Origin: a virus
Taxonomy: Duplodnaviria; Caudoviricetes
Direction: 5' to 3' (one strand)
Virus record (IMG/VR): IMGVR_UViG_3300002485_000002
Location: 1 to 61,697 of that record
Length of the DNA: 61,697 bases
The notes below the pieces were generated by a model. It did no database searches. It was not told where the DNA came from and saw only the letters and a program-made list of their open reading frames with translations. The position numbers and the translations under genes were made by a program. Shown here in pieces: positions 55,249-61,697 of the stretch. Positions within the stretch are counted from its first letter, which is position 1. Each line of letters opens with the position of its first letter.

Positions 55249-58200
55249 CAGATTGCCGCTCCGTCCCTGCGATGCTCGCCGCCAAACAGCATCATCGCCC
55301 GGTAAGGCTCTGTGTCTCCCCAATACTTAGTTCGAACTTCGCAATCTTTTTTGAAAAGCCGGAAGGGGCAAGTCGAGGTGAACGTGTAGCGGTAGACCTT
55401 GCCCTTATTGGCCACGTGGGGCACGCGGCGCTTCAGTTGCAGGCCGGCGGTCGATAGGATCGTGTACGCGGGCTGGTCGGTCCCGTCTACGTTGATCGTA
55501 AGCGTCACGTCGGTCGCCGACTGGAGACAGATGAAGGACTCCTTGATGTGCCCGTAGGCCCGCATATCCATCGTGGTGCCCTGGGTCTGCCACCGCACCG
55601 CCTTCTCCGGGTGCGGCTCCCAAACCCACTTGACTCCGTAGAGCCAGTTCTTGTTCGTGTCGGTGGGTCTGGCCCGCATGATCGTCGCAATCACCGGAGG
55701 GGCGAAGGCATAGGCTTTCCCCTGCCGCCCGCTGCCGTTATTTACCGTGACGGTGAAGGAGTTCCCGTCCTCGTACTCGACCAGCACCGTCTTGTTCGTG
55801 TTGTTGGTGTCGGCGTCCACGATGAAGCCCTGGAGGAATTTCGCGCCGAGATAGCCGTCGTGAGTGAACTCCGCGTCCCAGTTGGTCAGAGTCGGAGGCT
55901 CGCGGTGGACGATCCATCCTACGTCGTACAACCTCCCCTGCACTTGATCCGTCGAGTACAGCCGAAGCTGGTTTGCCCGGAAGGGCACGAAGCTGTAGTG
56001 GACGGTCAGCCTGCCGTCGTGGGTGATCGACGGATCGCCAGCCGCCCCGATCGGCACAAGATTCGTGACCGTCCCTTCCATCTCCCCCTGCATCCGCAGC
56101 GTCTTGGCGGCATTCACCGTATCCAGCGTGACCGCCACTCCCGTAACGTACCCCACGCTCCCATCGGGAACGGCGCGACGCCAGTTGGTGTCGAAGTCCG
56201 GCTCCAGCCACGGCTCCTGCTGCGCCTTCCATGTCCAATTGGTGACCCGCCAGCGGTTGCTGGTGGTGACGACCAGACGCCCGAGACGGCCCTTAAAGGC
56301 AGGCCAGGAGAACGTAATCTCCCGCTCGCCGTTAGAGTTGAACGTCCGGGTGATCCCTGTATTGACTTGATCGGCCCAAACCTCGAAGGTGATATTCTGG
56401 CCGTCGCTGTTGGCCCAGATTTTTATGCCTGCGACGTAAGCGTCCTCCTCCGGGGACAGAAACGGGTGCCACTCCACCACTCGCTTGATCTGCTCGTCCG
56501 GCTTGGGGGCGGCGCTAGGCTGCCAGCTATAAAGCTCGACCGCTGAAGTGGTCGAGTTGACAGTCCAGGAGAAATCAAGGCTGAGGTTGCGCGCCAATCT
56601 GCCGAGACCACCATTAAGGTCCAGAATACGAGGTGTTCGGCCTGTCCCGCTGGAGACAGCGGTTGCCGCCTCGTTGACTGACTCGTTGTCGAAGAAGGGC
56701 TGGACATTGACGGTTTCACCTCCTCGGTCTAGTTCGTGGAGCACGTCGCCGCAGAGCTTCTGGCCACGTGAATCGCCGAAGTCATCGGCGGCAGTGCGCA
56801 GTTGACAGGCATAGGCCGTACCGCTTGCCGGGTCGGCCAGTGTCCGCCCGTCTTTACCTGCGTTGTAATAATAAATCTTCCCGTTATTACCGCCTACGAG
56901 CACGTCTGTCATGCCAACGCCCGGTATGTTCCCGCTACGCCCCTCCTGTGAGTAGTGCATCCGAGTGGAGACTTGGTAAGTATCGTAGAACCAGCCGCCG
57001 GTCGCTAAGTCGTAAACAAGTGTGTGCGGCAATCCGTCGAATAAGCCAACATAGTCGAAGTAGATGTAGTTCTTGTGGTATTCCAGCCTTACACGATGAA
57101 CGGACATATTCGGCGGCTCGATGCCGTTGATGATTTTGGGGGGTACGTCGGTATCGCCGTGCGGGAACAACCAGTACAGGCTCTCGTTGGTGATCGACCG
57201 AGCTTGGCCACCGTCGGTCTCATAAATGCCGTCCCAATCGAGGAACCAAATCTTCGGCCCGAGGCAAAAGGCCCACGGCGCGAACAGCCCGCGCCCGCAG
57301 GGGGTCTCCTGGTAGTCATATATCTGCGGCGCTGCGAAATTCGGATAAATCGCAAACAGCCGCTCGGTCGAGAACACCCAGCATCGCCCGTCCCACAGGA
57401 AGCCGTTCATCAACTGTTCGCTTGGCTGGGTGATCTCGATATTGTTCTGGGGCGGCGCAGAATCTGGAGAGTAGGGCTTCGTCCAGGAGAGGTAGCCTGG
57501 ACGCAGACGGTCGCCGACGCCGAAGAAGCTGCCCTGGAACGGCCCCCAGACGTAGGGCAGATTCACTCGCGTCGGATCGCCCGAGGAATCGACAGACGGC
57601 CACGGCAGGTCGTTGTCATCATCCAGTAGATCGGCGGAGCCGATCGTGATGTCCAGGGCATCGTCATCGAATGAGATGGCGGTCCCTGCGATTGAGAGCG
57701 TCGGGGCGGTCGGGCCGAACGCCGTCAGCGTATCCAGGCTGATCGTGGTCAGCCAATGAAACGACGGGACGGCATCGCTTGATCGGAAGACCTGAATATA
57801 GCTGACTTGCGGATCGGGTCGAGGATCGGCCTTCGGGGTCCGAACCGTGACCGTAATGGTCGTATTCAGCACGGTGATGTCGGCGGAGACGCCCGTTAAG
57901 TCGCCATCTGAGGTGCGCTCGCCGCTGTTCGACATTGCCCCTTCATCCGATACGTAGCGGGCGCGGTAGCGGAAGGTGCCATTCAATTGGCCGGGTCCGC
58001 CAGCCGCTACGGTCGGGGCGATTGATGGAGGCTCGATGCCCCAGTAGTAGACCGTCGTGCTCGGGCTGATCTTGGGCAGCCTGCCGTTGGGCAGCGTCGG
58101 CGCTCCGTCGGCGATGTAGGCCCACGATTGAGCAGAGGTGCCGGGACGGTAGGGGACGATACTCAGTGGATAGCCGGTTAAACGAAGGTTGCCCGGAGAA

Positions 58201-58634
58201 GGCAACGATTCTGGCGTTCCGCCATCATAGTAGCGATTGATAGTAGCAGGCGGGACTGGGCTGTAATTTCTAACAGAAATAGTTGCCGATTCACCGCCTG
58301 CGACCTTCGTGCTTGTCCACAGTTGACCTAGTGGCGGCGGAAAGAAGGCAGACGGCGCGACTCCGGCAATCGTGATATTCCCCGAAGGCGGCGTGGGATC
58401 GTCTGACAATCGCCGCAAAGAATGAACCGTCAGGGCTGTGCCGGGCGGGTCTTCGATCGTATTAGTATAGAACTCAAGTAGTCCCAACCGGGATTCCACC
58501 ATCCCCGGACGGCGCACCCGGACGTTCAGCAGCCTGGGGTAATACCCGTCCGGGATCAGATCGACCGGCCCCGTCCACACACCTTTGCACAACATCTTGT
58601 GAACGCGCCGGTCGAATTGGTTGGTCGATGCCAT
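55248..58634 (-). CDS. Tail nozzle / packaged-DNA stabilisation-like protein (1128 aa)
   Basis: LLNVR....G.V.SR.G, FRYRARYV...EG..SN, L.W.KP..P, G.FAPW, WFL..DGIY.T.G beta-propeller-like blocks. Confidence 0.7.
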   Translation of the reverse strand: MASTNQFDRRVHKMLCKGVWTGPVDLIPDGYYPRLLNVRVRRPGMVESRLGLLEFYTNTIEDPPGTALTVHSLRRLSDDPTPPSGNITIAGVAPSAFFPPPLGQLWTSTKVAGGESATISVRNYSPVPPATINRYYDGGTPESLPSPGNLRLTGYPLSIVPYRPGTSAQSWAYIADGAPTLPNGRLPKISPSTTVYYWGIEPPSIAPTVAAGGPGQLNGTFRYRARYVSDEGAMSNSGERTSDGDLTGVSADITVLNTTITVTVRTPKADPRPDPQVSYIQVFRSSDAVPSFHWLTTISLDTLTAFGPTAPTLSIAGTAISFDDDALDITIGSADLLDDDNDLPWPSVDSSGDPTRVNLPYVWGPFQGSFFGVGDRLRPGYLSWTKPYSPDSAPPQNNIEITQPSEQLMNGFLWDGRCWVFSTERLFAIYPNFAAPQIYDYQETPCGRGLFAPWAFCLGPKIWFLDWDGIYETDGGQARSITNESLYWLFPHGDTDVPPKIINGIEPPNMSVHRVRLEYHKNYIYFDYVGLFDGLPHTLVYDLATGGWFYDTYQVSTRMHYSQEGRSGNIPGVGMTDVLVGGNNGKIYYYNAGKDGRTLADPASGTAYACQLRTAADDFGDSRGQKLCGDVLHELDRGGETVNVQPFFDNESVNEAATAVSSGTGRTPRILDLNGGLGRLARNLSLDFSWTVNSTTSAVELYSWQPSAAPKPDEQIKRVVEWHPFLSPEEDAYVAGIKIWANSDGQNITFEVWADQVNTGITRTFNSNGEREITFSWPAFKGRLGRLVVTTSNRWRVTNWTWKAQQEPWLEPDFDTNWRRAVPDGSVGYVTGVAVTLDTVNAAKTLRMQGEMEGTVTNLVPIGAAGDPSITHDGRLTVHYSFVPFRANQLRLYSTDQVQGRLYDVGWIVHREPPTLTNWDAEFTHDGYLGAKFLQGFIVDADTNNTNKTVLVEYEDGNSFTVTVNNGSGRQGKAYAFAPPVIATIMRARPTDTNKNWLYGVKWVWEPHPEKAVRWQTQGTTMDMRAYGHIKESFICLQSATDVTLTINVDGTDQPAYTILSTAGLQLKRRVPHVANKGKVYRYTFTSTCPFRLFKKDCEVRTKYWGDTEPYRAMMLFGGEHRRDGAAI

Positions 58635-58638
58635 CGCC

Positions 58639-58974
58639 CTACGGGGTCTTCGGCCCCTCCGCCTTAGCTACCACCTTCTTGCGCCATGCCAGGTTCTCGT
58701 CCAGCTCATATCCAGGAGCGTCCGCCTGCAACTCCTGAAGCCGCTTCTTGAGCGCACCCTCAATCTCCTGGTACTTGGTTCGCAGCAGATTCATCTGCGC
58801 TTGCAAGCGCTCGAACTCCAGGGCCATCTGCGCCAGTGACGCCCGGTCCTTCCAGATTTCGGCGCGTACCTCAGACGTGAGCGGCGCGGGTTGCGGAAGC
58901 GGTTTCCCCTGGGCATGTAGCCCTACGGACGCCGCCAGCATAAGCGCTGCGCTCAGACCTATTACTTTTCCCAT
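58639..58974 (-). CDS. Signal-peptide coiled-coil protein
   Basis: MGKVIGLSAALMLAASVGLHA; coiled coil. Confidence 0.6.
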   Translation of the reverse strand: MGKVIGLSAALMLAASVGLHAQGKPLPQPAPLTSEVRAEIWKDRASLAQMALEFERLQAQMNLLRTKYQEIEGALKKRLQELQADAPGYELDENLAWRKKVVAKAEGPKTP

Positions 58975-59258
58975 TTACCTATCCTTTCTGCGAGAAGACG
59001 CCTTAGCTGCTCCAGGATGTCATCCACCTTAGTCATCAAGGTGGCCTGCTCAATACGCATTTGGTTAAACATCTCTTGTTGGCGAGCTACCAGATCCTCA
59101 TGCGCCTTGATCCAGTCGCGGATGGCAGTAACGCTCGCTTCCGTTGCCGATAGCCGGGAGCGCACGTCGATCAGCCAGTGGATGATGTTGACTCCTATAC
59201 CGGCAATGATTAGAACAGTGAGGATGACTCCGAGGGCTTGGTTGAGGTTGTTCACCAT
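58962..59258 (-). CDS. TM plus coiled-coil protein (holin-like)
   Basis: One N-terminal TM; ...TKVDDIL tail. Confidence 0.5.
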   Translation of the reverse strand: MVNNLNQALGVILTVLIIAGIGVNIIHWLIDVRSRLSATEASVTAIRDWIKAHEDLVARQQEMFNQMRIEQATLMTKVDDILEQLRRLLAERIGKWEK

Positions 59259-59260
59259 TA

Positions 59261-60838
59261 TCAGTACTCGAAAGCGACTTGGAGATCAGCCAGCGTCTCC
59301 GTGGCTTGGGTCGTGAACTGAACAGTAACTCGGTCTCCGGCGGCGACGGCAGCGCTGTTCGACGTATCCGAACAAGTCGTGCCCGTCCCTACCGTGCAGG
59401 TAACGGCGCTGGGGGCGGCGTTAATACGCAGGGTCACCGCGCCGGACCCGGCGGCAAATCCGGCCGTCCCGGACTTGACGCGCAAATTGCGGAGCTTACC
59501 AGCGGAGGAGACCAGAAGTTCGGTGGTCACGCCCTCTGCCGTAGTCGTACACGCGCCAGACGACCACAGGACGATGAACAGCGTTTGCGAAGAGGTGGCG
59601 GTGCCCGAGCAGAAACTCGATACGCGACTCTGGAGGACAGAATCCCCGGTACCGCCATTGGCTCTGGCAAGCACCGACGATCCCACTGCGGCAGACTGGG
59701 CGAGGTCGATAGACCCGAAGGCGGGAGCGCCGCCACCACCTGAAACGCGGAAAACCTGATTGGCGGTCCCGGCTACCGTAGCGGTTGGAGTAGCCCCGGC
59801 TCCTCCACCTAATACTACGCCGTTAGCCGCCAGCAACGCGGATGAAGCTATGGTCGTGGTCCCCGTAAATCCCAGGATGCCGCCCGAGGTCCCTGAAGCA
59901 AGGCCCGTCCCGCCCGTTTCGACCGGCAGAACTCCGCCTGTCCCAATATCGTTGCTGAGATAAGAGCGCCGGTCACTGCCTCCAGCGGCGTCCCAAACCC
60001 CGCTGGTCGCCGTCCAGACCGCCAATGGCACGGCACTCGCCGGGAATGCCGTCACCGGAGAACTGGCGGTGCATCCCGAGCAGACAACCGTGACATTGTG
60101 CCCTACGGTGAGCGTGCCGCCGGCAGTCACGTAGATGTAAGCCGTGCCGGTCCCGGCGCTGATCGTCGTCGTAGCCGATGCCGTGATCGCATAGTTGGTC
60201 GTGCCGAAGCGGACGTTGCAGGGGACCGAGGCCGAGCAGTATAGCCCGATCGTCAGCACCGTTGTCGAGGTCCTGGCGACCGCCAGATCGGTCATGGCGT
60301 TCAGATTCGGGGCGGCTAACCCGCAGGCTCCGCCCGCTGAGGTTATGTTCCCGTTGGGGTCGAACTTGGCGCAGTCGTTTGCGAGCGTGGTCCCGGTGAA
60401 CATCTGGACCGTCGTTGAGTTTCCCTTCTTGCCGGTTACGTCCGTCAGATTGGCGAGCGCTGCCTTCTCGGTGATGTCGGCCAGCCCGATTGTGCCGACC
60501 GTGACGAGCGCACCGAGCGAGCTTTGCTTCAGAAACTGCCCGGTGCCGCCCGTGCCGCTCAGGTCTGAGCCTGTCCCGCCACGCGCTAGAGCGATCTGAC
60601 TGGAGGTAATGTCGGTTGCGGCGTGCGTGTGCGTCGGCAGATCGGCTCCAATTGCAATCGAGATTACTCCGGTCGCAGTCGTAACCTTGAGGATGCCTGT
60701 CGCCAAAGCGCTCAGAGCCTGCTCTGCGGTCAATGTTCCGTTCGGCGTCTGTGTAATATAGGTGGCGTCGGAGGGGGCCTGCGCCCGTGCTCCCAGACCA
60801 AGCAGAATCGTCAACAAGACTAACCTAAATCGTTTCAT
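59261..60838 (-). CDS. Tail-fibre-like protein with signal-peptide-like N-terminus
   Basis: MKRFRLVLLTILLGLGARA; repeated (L/V)xxGGTG fibre motifs; C-terminal beta-sandwich. Confidence 0.72.
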   Translation of the reverse strand: MKRFRLVLLTILLGLGARAQAPSDATYITQTPNGTLTAEQALSALATGILKVTTATGVISIAIGADLPTHTHAATDITSSQIALARGGTGSDLSGTGGTGQFLKQSSLGALVTVGTIGLADITEKAALANLTDVTGKKGNSTTVQMFTGTTLANDCAKFDPNGNITSAGGACGLAAPNLNAMTDLAVARTSTTVLTIGLYCSASVPCNVRFGTTNYAITASATTTISAGTGTAYIYVTAGGTLTVGHNVTVVCSGCTASSPVTAFPASAVPLAVWTATSGVWDAAGGSDRRSYLSNDIGTGGVLPVETGGTGLASGTSGGILGFTGTTTIASSALLAANGVVLGGGAGATPTATVAGTANQVFRVSGGGGAPAFGSIDLAQSAAVGSSVLARANGGTGDSVLQSRVSSFCSGTATSSQTLFIVLWSSGACTTTAEGVTTELLVSSAGKLRNLRVKSGTAGFAAGSGAVTLRINAAPSAVTCTVGTGTTCSDTSNSAAVAAGDRVTVQFTTQATETLADLQVAFEY

Positions 60839-61624
60839 TGCGGGCTTGCCTCCGGTCTCCCACGCTCAACCCGTAGCGGGCGGCGCATGTCTTCCAGTTG
60901 CCCTTGATCGCCAATCGTCTCCTTATACAGCGCCGCTGCCCGGAGCTTCTCGTTGTAGATCGCCGCCGCTCGGATCAGGTTGGTGTACTTGTCCGCCGTC
61001 GCCTGCAACTCGTAGGCCCCTTCCTTAAAGGCAGCGACGTGCTGCGCATAGTCCAGAATCACGTCCAGCTCTTCGGGGCCAAGCTGGGCCTGAGTCGCGT
61101 TTGTCGCTGGTACCGGGGCCGGCCCGACTACATCCACCGTGATCGTATAGATCGCATCAGGCGGCGGGAAGGCCACGAAATCGTCCATCAGAGCGCAGAT
61201 CGTCGGCTGCGCGGCGGTCGCATTCTGCCAACCCGCATTGAAAGCATCGAGCGCCTGCACGGCTTCGGTCGGAACTGGGACGCCCGCGACGCGGACGAAC
61301 ATGACCGTGCTGAAAAGGCGGGCCAGCTCGATGCCATGCTGCCAGCGACGCTCGCAGTAGGCGGCTCGGGCCGGGTCCGCCGCTTGCCCTTCCTTGCCGA
61401 GCAGGTCGGCCATCGCTCCGTACTTGACGACCCAGGCGAAGTTGTCGGGCACGCCCAGCACTACGCCCGTTGAGATGTCGAGCGTCGCCCCCGCGTAGAC
61501 GCCGACGATTTCTACGCTCCCCACGGCGCTCGGCGGGGGTATGAACTGCACCGTCAGCGGCTGCGTCGAGATGATCGAGTAGGCTGCGGGCGGGTTCGTC
61601 GCCGCATTCGGCCAGTTGGCGTTA
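60835..61624 (-). CDS. 3' part of the origin-spanning adaptor-like gene (starts at 560)
   Basis: In frame with 560..1 once the 73-bp overlap is removed; ILDYAQH.A.FKEG. Confidence 0.7.
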
Positions 61625-61697
61625 AAGCGCCCGGCCTCCCACTCATCGGCCCGCCACAGGGTCGAATAGACATTGGCCCCCGTCCGCCAGGCCGCCC

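Overview
This window is a complete, circularly assembled tailed-phage genome. Positions 1-73 equal 61625-61697, so the unit length is 61,624 bp, and one gene reads in frame across the join. The gene set looks podovirus-like: no tape measure or sheath, and ejection-type genes follow a nozzle-like gene. The minus strand carries replication and recombination genes (~28.5-36.7 kb), a cluster of six glycosyltransferases and two methyltransferases (20.6-28.5 kb), and the packaging, head and tail genes (20.4 kb through the origin to 48.4 kb). The plus strand carries short early or accessory genes (36.8-44.8 and 46.1-48.5 kb). I recognised no integrase, DNA polymerase, tRNA, CRISPR array, reverse transcriptase or endolysin. 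The most striking observation is four small free-standing genes (possibly five) that encode diverged fragments of the phage's own portal (N- and C-terminal segments) and major capsid protein (A-domain, and a permuted P-domain/E-loop chimera). Two of them start with twin-arginine-like leaders, and one sits inside a large terminase split into separate ATPase and nuclease genes. Together these are a candidate structural-protein decoy or assembly-interference system. Also seen: a group I intron with a LAGLIDADG gene in the capsid gene, a 15-nt long-range antisense match between the scaffold 5' leader and the capsid RBS, a shared late-promoter motif, an SD-occluding pseudoknot, an intergenic structured-RNA cluster, and gene-junction direct repeats. 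All homology calls come from motif recognition and alignment by eye; no database searches were run.
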